From NCBI GenBank assembly GCA_038087875.1, contig JAXLNO010000385.1, forward strand, positions 806,001 to 870,000: 64,000 nt of DNA. The letters are read 5' to 3'. A model generated the notes under the pieces. The model did not search any database, was not told where the DNA came from, and saw only the letters and a program-made list of their open reading frames with translations. Origin of the DNA: Malacoraja senta (taxonomy: Eukaryota). Made by a program: the position numbers and the translations under genes. Below, one piece after another: positions 28,430-41,300 of the stretch (its first letter is position 1; each line of letters starts with the position of its first letter).

Positions 28430-29750
28430 TCATCTCTCTCTCTCTCTCTCTCTCTCCCTCTCTCTCTCTCTCTCTCCCGCTCTCTCTCCCCCCCGTCTCT
28501 CGCTGTCAATCCCGCTCTCTCCCGCTCTCGCTCTCTCTCCCTCCCTCCCCATCTCTCACTACCTCCCCCACCCGTCTCTTTCTCTCCATCTCCCCGTCTC
28601 TCTCTCTCTGTCTCCCCGTCTCATTCTTTCTTGCCCCTATCTATATCCACCCCCGTGCCTCTCTCCCTCAGCGTCTCTATCTCCCCACCCGTCTTTCTCC
28701 CTCACCTCCCAATCTCTCTCTCTCCCTATTTTGTGTGCTGTGCCTGTGCCTGTGCTGTCAGTCCGTGTACAAGATGGCGGTCGGAGGGAGAGTGGACGCT
28801 GGCGCGATTGGTCGCCGCTGCTCTCTCCTGAAATTGTGTTTCTTATTTTCTTTTGGTGCTCTTGAAATTGAATTCTGTCCTTGATTTGTGTACTGTGGTG
28901 TTTTTATATTTAATTTATTCCGATATGTGTTTTTTTGTTTGTTGTGATTCTATGCATTGTAAGGTGTCCTTGGGTTTTAGAAAGGCGCCAGTAAATAAAA
29001 TGATTATTATTATTATTATTACCCATCTCCCTCTCTCCCTACCCATCTCTCTCTCCCTCCCCGTCTCTCTCTCCCTTTCCTACCTGTTTCTCTCTACCTC
29101 TACCCGTCTCTCTCTCCCCGCCTATCTCTCCCTCCCCCCCCGTCTCTCTCTCCTCTCCTGCCCGTTTCTCTCTCTCTCTCTACCCCCTACCGTCTCCATC
29201 CCTTTCCCGTCTCTCTCACTATCTCTCCCTTCCCTCCCAGTCTATTTCTCTCCTCCACTCCCGTCTTTCTCTCCCTCCGCGTCTTTCTCCCTCCTCTCTC
29301 CGCATCACTCTCTCTCAGTCTCATTCTCTCTCCCTCCCCGTCTATCCCTCTCCCTCCGCGTCTCTCTCCCTCCTCTCTCCGCATCACTCTCTCTCAGTCT
29401 CATTCTCTCTCCCTCCCCGTCTATCTCTCCCTCCGCGTCTCTCTCCCTCCTCTCTCCGCATCACTCTCTCTCCGTCTCATTCTCTCTGCCTCCCCGTCTA
29501 TCTCTCTCTTCCCCCTCCCAGTCTCTATGTCTCCCTCCCCTCCCCGTCTCTCTCGCTCTTACTCTCACTGGTATCTCTCCCTCTCTCTCCATCTCTCTCT
29601 GTTCGAGTCCCTCTCTCTCCCCCTCCCTCCCACTTTCTCTTGCCCTACCCGTCGCTCTCTCCCGTCCCTTCCTGCCCCTCTCTCTCCACACCTCTTCCTC
29701 CCTCCCCTCCCCGTCTCTCCTCTACCTCCCCGTCTCCCCCTCGCCCTCCA
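28430..29750. repeat. Polypyrimidine low-complexity tract (CT-rich, CCCCGTCTCT motifs)
   Basis: Direct reading; interrupted by the element at 28733-29020. Confidence 0.9.
28733..29020 (+). mobile_element. Short non-autonomous retroelement, GC-rich non-tRNA head plus L2-type tail
   Basis: Head with AAGATGGCGG; tail GTAAGGTGTCCTTGGG...AAAGGCGCCAGTAAATAAAA(TTA)n; homologous to 24241-24475. Confidence 0.7.
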
Positions 29751-29774
29751 TGTACTTATCCTTAGAATCTTTGT

Positions 29775-32700
29775 CATGGTGTAAGGCTACTCTTATTATA
29801 AAGACATCAATCTACATGGTGTCAGAGTGTACGGACTTACTCCTCAATTGATTCTATTTTTTTTAAATCTTGGTTTGTTATTTTTCTACTGTGGATAATG
29901 GCTTCTGCTCTCAGGAAGCCAGGGATCTTGGTGTTCGATGCAGATCTTGCAGAGCGATGGCGTGTGTTTGAAGAGGATTTTTCAATCTACGTTGAGGCTG
30001 CATTTCCTGCTGCTGATCTGCTCTTCGTGCAATAATTCTTCTCAATTTGGCAGGCACTGAGGCTGCTCGTCGTGCCTGAAGATTTCACCATGCACTGGCT
30101 AGAGTTGATGCCAACGGTGATCAAATTGCTGTGGAGTCTCGCCGTGATCCTGAATGTCTCCTACGTAAATTCTGACAATTATTTGAGTTACAAATTAATG
30201 TGAGCATGGAACGCCATAATTATTTTCAAAGTCAAAAACAAGGAGAACCTGTTGAACCACATGTTAATGCGCTGAAGCATATCGCTAGTCGATGCGATTT
30301 CAGGAGATTCAATATAGTCTTGTACGGGACCGCTTAATCCATGGCATATTGAATGATGAATTACGCGATGAATTACTGCAGGAAGTTGACCTGACTTTAG
30401 CGGCTGTTTAAAACCGCTGTCGCATAGCTGAACTGACTAATGCTCACATTCAATCTCTTGGACACTGCTGCTCGTTAAGTTAATGCGGCCAGCTTGTCTT
30501 ATCAAACTCCTGCTCGTTCGTCACAGGGGCCAGCTAATAACCTAAGATTGATCGCTAATTGTTTTAACTGTGGGGGTTCACATATTGCAGTTCGCGTATG
30601 GAAAACTGTCGATTCTGCAATAAAGAAACAATTTCGTCAAATGCTGTCGTTCACGCAGTGACAGATTTCAAATGAGAGTTCGCACACCTAGTTGCCATGG
30701 ATGTACAAACAGATGGCGATAGTGCAGAGATTGATGTAAATGCTTTGTCTAATTCAGTGCCCAACCGGCTAGATCCCAAGGTTGAATTGCTTATTAATGG
30801 CAGAACCCTTTATCTCAAGGTCGACGGGAGCGCGCTGCAATGTAATCTCTTTGGCTCTGTTCCAGATGCTGAAAAACACAGAAACTTTAACTCATACAAC
30901 TGCACCACTTGTCGCATCTGATGGTTCTCGACTACACCCTATCGGCCAAGTAGAGTTACGTTGCTGTCACAACTCACGTGACCACATCCTGGATTTCTAC
31001 GTGGTACGCGAGAAGGTACCATCCATGCTGGGTGCCGATGCATGCCTAGACATGGGTTTGGTTTCTTTCGGCCCTTCTGTCTGTCCACTGTCTACAGACT
31101 ATGATTTTGCACATCAAATTCTAACACAATACAAGGATTTGTTTAATGATAAGCTGGGCAAGTTGCCTGTTAGATCCACGATTACTATTGACCCTGAGGC
31201 AATCCCAGTTGTTCGTCGGCTCACAAGATTCCCCACGCTATGCGGGATCGCGTTCAAAGTGAACTTAACAGAATGGTGACTGGGTGTGATTACTCCCGTA
31301 ACTGACCCTCGGACTGGGTCTCCACAATGGTTGTCGCTTACAAGAATAACAGATGAGATACGGATTTGTATCAACCCCAAGTACCTAAATACAGAAATTA
31401 AACGGCACGTTATCCTATGTGCTCTGTGGACGAGATTGCGGCGCAGACGGCTAAAGCAACTATATTCACAGTGCAAGATGCCAAGAGCTCATTCTGGCAG
31501 ATTCCACTGGAACATAACTCCTCCAAGTTGACAACTTTCAGTACTCCGTTCGGACGTCATAAATTTCTGAGGATGCCTTTTGGTATAAGTTCTGCAGTGA
31601 AGTATTTCAACAATCCATGAACAATTGTTTGTAGGATACCCATGCTCCATCGTAGTGACGATATCCTCATTGCTGGAAAACGGTCAAGGAGCACGATGCC
31701 AATCTGAAGAAAGTATGCAGGCGTGCAGAGGCCATCCATCTCAAGCTAAATCTAAAAAATGCAAATTCAGAGTGAATGAGGTAAAATACTTAGGCCATAT
31801 ATTTACCAAAGACGGCCTAAAAACGGATCCAGCGAAAACCAGTGCAATTAATGAGCTTCCAGCACCCACAGACGTGCTCAGTTTACAGAGGTCCCTTGGC
31901 ATGGCTAACTATTTGAGCAAAGTCATTCCAGATTTCAGCGAAATATCAGCCCCATTGCGCCTTCCCACACACAACGAATCTGCTTAGACCTGGCATGAGC
32001 AACAACAGACAGCATTTGACATTCTTAAACGGCAGATGTCGGCCACCCCTACTCTAGCGTACTTTGAACCTAGACTGCCTATTACTGCCATGTGCCATGT
32101 GCCGCCTCACAACATGGGCTACGCGCTGCATACCTTCAGAATGATGGCCATGGCAATAAACCAGTCGCCTAGGACTCGCGAACCATGTCTGATACAGAAC
32201 AACGATTCATCCAAATCGCATTATTACAATTAAAACCGACCACCGACCTCTTATCAGCATTTTCAATAAACCTATTCATAACTCTCGAGCGGGCCCACAA
32301 CGGATGTTACTACAACTTAAAAAATATGACATCGTCCTGACCTACAAACGTGGAATGGATATGCACTTGGCGGACACTCTTTGACATGCATCTCGGATGA
32401 CCTGCGAGGATCTGCCCTCGCAGGATGATGACTTTATCGTGATGACTGTATCCTTCATCACTTCATCTTGGATGGAGGACCTGGTTGCCCAGACTGCCAG
32501 CGACAAGACCCTTACGGTCGCTAACTTCTGTCATTAAGCACGGCTGGCCGGATGATACCCAGACGTGGCGCCGACAGACAAGAAGCCGAAGCAAAGAAGT
32601 CGAAGCCAAAGAACCGAATGGAAACGAGGCCGAAACGCCAATAAACCGAAAGAGTCCGAAGACGAAACGCCTACTAACCGAAAGGACGGGATGCCTAAGT

Positions 32701-34041
32701 GCAAACTAACCGAAAGGGCGGGACGCCTAAAAGCCAACGAACCGAAAAGCTGCGTCGCCTAAAAGCAAAGTTACCGAATGGCCGTTCTGTCAAAACGCCA
32801 CCTACCCGAAAGGCGGCGTCGCCAACAAGCCTAAGGACCGACTGCACCTCAACAGAAAAGTCCAATATCGAACATGACGTTGCCGGGGGCGGGACTTGTC
32901 AGCGATTTGTCCAGACCCCCGCGTCCATCACATCACTGTGAAGGCATGAACATTGTCCCAAACCTCCGCTCCACCCGACCCGCAGCCCACGGAGGGTGGC
33001 CGTGGGAGAATTGGCGGCTGTTCCGAGAAATGCACACATTCGACCGCTTTCAACTTGGTGCTTGGGTTCATATTGCCCAGTCACCTATGGCTTGTGTGGG
33101 AAAATGAACCCCATGCTCCCGTCTCCCCCTTCTCTCTCCCCTCTTCCCTCTTTCCCTTCTCTCTCTCTCCCTTCTCTTTCTCCCTTCTCTCTCCTCCTCT
33201 CTCTCCCCTCTTCTCTCTCATCCTCCACGCTGCCCGTAGCGGAGCAAACATTAACCCCACATATGTTTCCGCCAAAGGAGGTTCAATCCAGGTTGCAACA
33301 AAAGCGTGACGTTCAAAAGATATGGTTCGACAAGACGAGTAAGCCACTGCCACCATTGACCAAAGGACAGGTGGTCCTCTTACAGACTGACAAAGGCCTT
33401 GACCGTATTGGGGTGGTGTCTGGTCCCGCTTCGGAGACACGCTGGTACATTGTTAGAGCCGATGGCGGCACCTACTGATGCGACATCTTCTGCCTGTGAA
33501 CGATTTAATCCCTCCTTATTATCCGGATCTTACAAGTTCAGCGACTTTGAGTCCTGAAAAGCGCTATATAAATAAAATCTATTAGTATTATTACTATTAT
33601 TTTAATCTGCATCTAGTGACCCCCGCATGCTCTTGCTAGCACAACAATCCATGCCTGCGACAGTTCCTCTGTCTGTTCCATCTTCGCGTGCGCCACATTC
33701 TCCTGCTTCGACTCCAGGGACGTTCGTACACTCCCCCACGGCGGTGACATCGCCTCCTCTTTCCCCAGAGAAAAATAATGGAGAAGGCCTCTATCGTACA
33801 CGTCCCGGTCGTGTTTGCAGGCCGGTCGTGATGTATCCGGACTATGTTTCACTTTCCACCAGTCTGTCATCGGTTGTGATATTTGTTTTGCTTAGTTATG
33901 GATATACATCGTTATTGATTCTTTAAGAGGGGGATGTAGATTCGTGGCTCATGCTATGTCTTGCATTTGTAGTTACGCCCACTAGCTTGTTAGCGTCGCG
34001 GTCTGCTGCATTCCGTTAGTCTTAAATTGAATTCCTAAGTG
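29775..34041 (+). mobile_element. Gypsy LTR retrotransposon, degenerate gag-pol, copy B
   Basis: 5' LTR end ATCTACA (29816); PBS TGGTGTCAGAGT (29817); gag ATG 29898 (MASALRKPG...ERWRVFEEDF); CFNCGGSH knuckle near 30560; frameshifted protease (KVD/TGARCNVIS); RT (IRICINPKYLN, DAKSSFWQIPL, FLRMPFGISSA); RNase H; PPT AAGAGGGGGA 33925-33934; truncated 3' LTR from 33935. Confidence 0.92.
33540..33602 (+). mobile_element. Very short L2-type 3' tail insertion
   Basis: AGCGACTTTGAGTCCTGAAAAGCGCTATATAAATAAAA(TTA)n; absent at the equivalent site of Gypsy copy A (about 5819). Confidence 0.75.
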
Positions 34042-34053
34042 AGAAGTTGTAGT

Positions 34054-34123
<70 letters not shown>

Positions 34124-34549
34124 TCACGCACTCGTACTCATATTCATTCATTCATTAATTCATTCAACTCGAACTCTATCGCGAACTCGATCTCGAACTC
34201 GAACTGTAACTCGAACTCGAACTCTATCTCGAACTCGAGTTCGAGTTGGACTTGCGGCCGGAGCACCAAGGCAAATTCCTTGTATGTGAATACTTGACCA
34301 ATAATCGTATTCATTCATTTATTCATTCATTCAACTCTCTGTCGAACACGAACTCTATCTCGAACACCATCTCGACCTCGAACTCTATTTCGAACTCGAG
34401 TTTGAGTTCGACTTACGGGCGGAGCAACAAGGCAACTTCCCTGTATGTGAGTACTAGGCCAATAAACGTGTTCATTCATTCATTCATTCATTTATTCATT
34501 CATTCATTCATTCATTTCGAACTCGACCTCGAACTTGATCTCGAACTCG

Positions 34550-35269
34550 AGAAAAACTGTTTATGGAAAGACAGGGTGGGTATAAATTGAGAGGGGGAAA
34601 TATTTTTTTTTAAACTCAATGTCAGAACAACTCTTAAAATTATGTGCATAGCAATCTGTGGGGTGAATTTATGGAATGGTCTGGAACAGGAGATAAAACT
34701 TAGCACAAACATAATTCAGTTTAAAAAGATGTACAAAAACACTTTTTTAAAGGATATTGGGATGAGGATAGGTGATTGTGAGTGGGATATTTGTTATACT
34801 GATGGTATCGGGAAGGGTGATTATAGGGTGATGGGTTGTATATATGACTAAGGGATACTGTATAGTGTATGAGGTTTATGGGTTGTATATATGACTAAGA
34901 GATACTGTATATTATATGAGGGTTTTTTCTTTTCTTTTTCTTTTTTTCCCTCCTTTTTTGTATGGCTTTGTAAATATTTGATTAGTGTATAAATGTACAT
35001 AATTTGGTGTACATATAGCTGCTGGTGTACAAATGGTGTACATATAGCTGCTAAATGTGTATACAATAATTATAAGAAGCTGAATAAGGGGTGGGAAATA
35101 ATAAGCTTTGGCTTCTTCCTGCTCCTTTTCGGACACATACGATTTCATTTATTTATAGATATTGTTTATGACACTTTATAAATATTCTTGTTTTGTTTTT
35201 TGTATGCTGTTTCACACTTGCTTTTTATTCTTTTATTCTGTTCGAAATAAAGAATAAAATAAAATAAAA
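34550..35269 (+). mobile_element. L2-group (Crack/Daphne-like) LINE 3' fragment, copy B
   Basis: ORF 34642-34851 MCIAICGVNLWNGLEQEIKLSTNIIQFKKMYK; same 5' junction and tail type as 12040-12760. Confidence 0.7.
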
Positions 35270-36689
35270 TGAACTCGAACTCGAACTTTCTCGAACTCGA
35301 ACTCGATCTCGAACTCGATCTGAAACTCTATCTCGAACTCGAATACGATCTCGAACTCGAGTTGGAGTTCGATTTGCTGGCGGACCACAGAGGCAAATTC
35401 CTTGTTTGTGAATAATTGGCCAATAAATGTATTCATTCATTCATTCATTCATTCATTCAACTAGAACTCTATCTCGATCTCGAACTCTATCGCGAACTCG
35501 ATCTCGAACTCGAACTGTTTATTGAACTCGAACTCTACCTCGAACTCGAACTATCTCGAACTCCAACTCCCACTCCAATTTTATCTCGAACTCGAACTCT
35601 AACTATCACAAACTCTATCTCTAACGAACGTACTCGAATTCGAATGAACTCGAACACGGATTAGAACTCGAACTCGAACGCGTACTCTATCTCGAACTCG
35701 AGTTGGAGTTCGACTTGCTGGCGGACCACCGAGGCAAATTCCTTGTATGTGAATACTTGGCCAATAAATGTATTTATTTATTCATTCATTCATTAATTAT
35801 TTCATTAATTAATTAATTAATTAATTAATTAATTCATTCATTCATTCATTCGTTCGTTCAATCAACTCGAACTCGAGCTCGAAATCAAACTTGAACTAGA
35901 ACTCGAACTCTATCTCGAACTCGAATTCGGACTAACTGTATCTCGAACTCTATTCGAAATCTCTCTCTCTCTCGAACTAGAACTCGATCTCGAACTCGAT
36001 CTCGGACGTCCTCGAACTCGGTCGAACTATATCTCGAACTCGAACTCTATCGAACTCCAACTCCAATTCCAACTCGAACTTGCACTAGAACTATCTCGAT
36101 CTCTTTCAGAAACTCTATCTCGACCTCGAACACTATCTCGAACTCTAACTCTCTCGAACTATATGTCGAAATCAATCCCGAACTCGAATTCCAACTCTAT
36201 CTCGAACTCGATGTCGAACTCGAAATTGAATTCGAACTCGAACTCGAATTCGAACTCTAACTCTTTCTCGAACTCGAATTCGAACGAACTCTATCTCGAA
36301 CTAGAAACTCGAACTATATCACGAACTCGAACTCTCTCGAACTCGAACTCGAACTCGAAATTGAACTCGAACTCTTTCACGAACTATCTCGAACTCGAAG
36401 TCGAACTCGAACTCGAACTCGATCTCGAACTAGATCTCGAACTCGAACCCGATCTCCAACTATATCTCGAACACTATCTCTAACTCGAACTATCTCGAAG
36501 TCGAACTCTATCTCGAACGCGAACTCTACCTCGAATTCGAGTTTGATTTCGACTTGCTGGCGGAGCTCCAAGGCAAATTCCTTGTTTGTGAATACTTGGC
36601 CAGTAAACTTATTCATTCATTCATTCATTCATTCATTCATTCATTCATTCAACTCGAGCTCTATCTCAAACTCGATTCTTATCCCGAAC

Positions 36690-37550
36690 GTGTGCTGTCT
36701 GCACGCAGTAAGTGGCGGCGCTGTTGAACAGCTGCGGCTCGCCTGCAGTCCGTCTGTTTTTAGTTTAATGTTGTTGTTTTATTTTGTCCTGTTTTAGTTA
36801 AATTTTAATTTATTGGGTTGTGTATGTGGGGGTGGGGGGGGGTGAAACATGATTTTTGTCTCTTCCTTCGGGGGAATGCGACTTTTTCTTGTCGTATCCC
36901 CCTTCTCTGCCTCCGTCTGCGCTGAGGCCTAATGGCGGAGCTGGCGGCCTCCAACTGCGACCGACCTCGATGCTCCGGAGGCAGAGCCAGGACTTACCAA
37001 CGCGAGGCTGGCCAACTTCGGGGCTGCGGTGGCGTTCCGGCGGTGGCGACCAAATTTACTGGTGGCGACCTGAATCCGGAGCTCGGCCGCGGCTGGCCCA
37101 GTGGACGACATCATCGGGAGCTCGCAGGTGGGTGACCTGGTATTCCGGAGCTCCCGCAACTACAGCTGCGTCCGCTGGACTGGAGGGCGGGAGCTTCGGC
37201 AGCTTCGGTCATCCCGGGCCGCGGAGTTTGAACCGGCCCGTCGCGGAGCACGGATTCAGCCGCGGGACGGACTTACCATCACCCGGCGGGGTCACAACAT
37301 CAGAAGCCTGGATCGCCTCAGCGCAGAGGGAAGAACAAAGAGGGAAGAGACAGAGACTTTAAGACTTTTGCCTCCATCACAGTGAGGAGGTGCTTGGTGA
37401 ACTCACTGTGGTGGATGTTAATTTGTGTTTATTGTGTGTTTTGCTATTTATTATTATATGTATGACTGCAGGCAACGAAATTTCGTTCAGACCGAAAGGT
37501 CTGAATGACAAATAAAGGAATCTAATCTAATCTAATCTAATCTAATCTAA
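36690..37550 (+). mobile_element. GC-rich non-autonomous SINE-like element with Rex1-type 3' stem-loop and (ATCTA)n tail
   Basis: CpG-rich body; 3' end AATTTCGTTCAGACCGAAAGGTCTGAATGACAAATAAAG followed by (AATCT)n; no RT coding recognised. Confidence 0.7.
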
Positions 37551-38369
37551 CTCGAACTCTATCTCGAACTATCTCGAACGCGAACTCGATCTCGAACTCG
37601 AACTCTATCTTGAACTCGAACTCGAACTCTATCTTGAACTCGAACTCTATCTCTACCTAAAACTCGAATTCGAACTCTAAATATCTGGACCTCGAACTCT
37701 ATCTCGAACTCGAAATCTAACTCGAACTCAAACTCCTACTGGAACTCGAAATCTATCTCGAACTCGAAATCGAATTCGATTTAGAACTCGAGTTCGAGTT
37801 CGACTTGCGGGCGGAGCACCAAGGCAAATTCCTTATATGTGAATACTTGGCCAATAAATTCATTCATTCATTCATTCATTCATTCATTCGTTCATTCATT
37901 CATTCATTCATTCATTCATTCATTCATTCATTCATTCATTCATTTATTCATTCATTCATTCATTCATTTATTCATTCATTCATTCATTCATTTATTCATT
38001 CATTCATTCATTCATTCATTCATTCAACTCGAACTCGAGCTGGAACTCGAACTCGAACTCGAATTAGAACTCGAACTGTATCGCGAACTACAACTCCATC
38101 TCGACATCGAACTCTATCTCGAACTCGAACTCGAATTCGAACTCGAACTCGTACTCTATCTCGAACTCGAACTCTATCTTGAACTCGAAATCTACCTCGA
38201 ACTCTCGAACTCGAACTCGATCTAGAACTCGATCTCGAACTTTATATCGATCTCTCTGTCGAACACAAACTCTATCTCGAACACCATCTCGACCTCGAAC
38301 TTTATTTCAAACTCGTTGGAGTTCGACTTGCGGGCGGAGCACCAAGGCAAATTCCTTGTATGTGAATAT

Positions 38370-41300
38370 ATATATATATATATATTTTGAAAATATTTTT
38401 TATTGGAGATAAATACATAACATATTATCATCATTACCAGTCTTGCATTTTTAAATAGATAATATTGTCAATTATTATTGAATTGTCTCCAATACCTTTT
38501 GCCTTTTTTTGTTTTTTTTAAACTAGATAGAACTAAAAAGATAGATGAAGTAAAGAAAGAAAAGAGAAAGAAATAAACAAGACAAAAAAAAAAAAAAAAA
38601 AAAAAAAAACAGAAAAGAAAAAGATAGTTAAAGAAGAATGGAAACATTTATTAAGATAAAAAACTTCGTTCGAGATATATTCGTACATTTCAGAGTATAA
38701 CATTTCATCCATTCTTTAGCCCGAGTGTTAGTCAGGTTCCTGTGCTGAACCATTCTGACCCTTTAAATAATCAATAAAGGGAGACCATGTTCCAACGAAT
38801 AATTCCTGTTTGTCCAACAGGGAAAATCTGATTCTTTCCACATTTAAGGTCTCCGTCATTTCTACAATCCACATTTTGATTGTGGGGGTTATAGGGCCTT
38901 TCCAAAATTTTAGAATTAATTTTTTTCCCGTTATTATACTATAATCAATAAATTTTCTTTGTGTTGTTGTAAATGTTTGATTTAATTCTAATGATCCGAG
39001 TATTATTACTTTTGGATCCGGGTCCAATTGTGTGCTGGTCACTTTAGATATTATACTGAAAATATTTACCCAGAATTTTTTAATTTTTATACAGTTTGCA
39101 AACATATGAGATAAGTTAGCTTCTAAATGTTGGCATTTATCACATATAGGTGAGATATGTTGAAAGATTTTATGTAATTTTGTTTTTGAATAATGTAACC
39201 TATGTATTACTTTAAATTGTATTAAAGAATGTCTGGCATTTAATGAACATTGATGTATGTGTTGTAAACTTTCTTCCCAAGTATCTTTCGTTATTATTTG
39301 ATTTAATTCTTTTTCCCATGTTTGTCTGTGTAAGTCCGTCGATGGAATGTCACTGTCTAATAAAATATTATATATATAAGATATTAATTTTTCTGTATTA
39401 GGATGTTTATTCCAACATTCATCAATAATTTCTGAATTTCTAATTCGAAAATTTTGAGTATTCGATTTTACATAATCTCTGAGTTGAAGATACCTGAAAA
39501 AATCATTTCCTCGAAGTCCATAAGTCTGTTGCAATTCCTGAAATGTAAGAAAAGTGCCTTGCTTGTAAAGTTGTCCAATATTTTTAATTCCATAATTCTT
39601 CCATTGTGTAAAACCCCTGTCCAACCATGACGGTTTAAACAAAGGGTTATTCACAATTGGAAGAAAAAGTGATAAGTTATCTAATTTTAATGTGTTTTTT
39701 AATTGTTTCCAAATTCGTATAGCACTAAATATTATAGGGTTTTCCATATAATTTTTTTTGTTTAATTTAGACGTAGCAAATAATATCGAGCCGATATCAA
39801 AAGGTAAACAGTCTTCCTTTTCCATTCTTAACCAATCTGGTTGTTGATCTATTTCTTCCAACCAGAAATTCATATTTTTAATATTAACTGCCCAAAAATA
39901 AAACAGAAAGTTTGGTAAAACCAAGCCTCCATTTATTTTTGATTTACACAAATGTCTTTTGTTTATCCGATGATTCTTATAATCCCAGATAAAATCATTA
40001 ACAATGGAATCCAATTAAAAAAAAAGTTTTTTGACAAATATATCGGAATTGTCTGAAAAAGGTATAATATTTGCGGTAAAAAAATCATTTTAATGGCATT
40101 AATTTTGCCAACCATTGAGATAGGAAGTGTTTTCCAATATTGAATATTCTTATGTAGTTTGTTCAGTAATGGGGGGAAATTTGCTTTAAATAATGATGTA
40201 TATATCTTAGTTACGTAAATGCCTAGGTATTTGAATTTTTCGTTTACTATTTTAAATGGAAATTGTTGTATTATCTGTTTGTTGTGTTCCCTTATTGGCA
40301 TAATTTCACTTTTATTCCAATTTATTCTGTATCCTGAGAGTGAACCAAATTGGGTTATTAGCTTTAATAAGTTTGGAATACTAATTTCTGGTTTTGTAAT
40401 GTAAATTAGTACATTATCTGCGTATAGAGAAATGTTATTCACTGTATCCTTTGTGTTATACCCATGTATTTCCGGATGACCCCTAACTCTTTGTGCGAGT
40501 GGCTCAATAGCAAGCGCAAATAATAATGGAGATAACGGGCATCCTTGTCTACAACCTCTAGATAGGCTGAATTTAGATGACAACCTTTGGTTTGTTAATA
40601 TTCTAGCCATATGGTTTGTATATAACAGTTTTATCCAGGTGCAGAATTTCTCCCCTAGCTGCATATTTTCCATCACCGAAAATAAATAGGACCATTCAAC
40701 CTGAACAAAAGATTTTTCAGCGTCAAGTGAGATTATTGCTAGATCTTCATTAATAATTCTCTTAGAATATATAATATTAAATAATCTTCTTAGATTATAA
40801 TATGAGTACCGTTTCTGAATAAAGCCTGTTTGGTCAGGGTGTATTAATTTATTCATCACTGTACTTAATCTATGCGCTAGTATTTTAGTTAATATTTTCT
40901 GATCTGTATTTAAAAGTGCAATTGCTCTATATGATCCCGGATCTTCCGGATCTTTATCAACTTTAGGAATAAGTGTTATTATAGATTCATTTAAAGTATC
41001 TGGAAGTTTCTGTTGATTATAGATATGCTCATACAGCCTTTGTAAACGTGGGGAGAGCAAGTCATAATTTTTTTTATAGAATTCAGAGCCTAAACCATCT
41101 GGTCCTACTGCTTTACCATTTTTTAAAGAGCCAATAGACTCTTCAATATCCTTTATCGTAATCTCCCTTTCTAATAATTCTCTATCGTTTGAGTATAAAC
41201 CTTTTAAATTACATTTTAGTAAAAAATCTGCTATTCCTTCTGGTTGTACTACAGTTTTAGTTGAATAAAGATTATGATAGTATTGGAGAAATCTCTCGTT

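Larger units (their letters stand above)
34126..38369 (+). repeat. GAACTC-hexamer satellite with LINE-tail cassettes (interrupted)
   Basis: Cassettes near 34249, 34410, 35371, 35712, 36550, 37802 and 38325; preceded by (CT)n at about 34055-34125. Confidence 0.95.

Noticed and set aside
28224..29851. ORFs of 213 and 332 aa rich in Ser/Leu/Pro, and (ER)n ORFs at 9475 and 27323
   Set aside because: These are translations of CT/GA microsatellite and polypyrimidine tracts.
36856..37385. GC-rich ORFs suggesting a CpG-island gene
   Set aside because: They lie inside a SINE-like element with a LINE-type tail, with no recognisable protein similarity.
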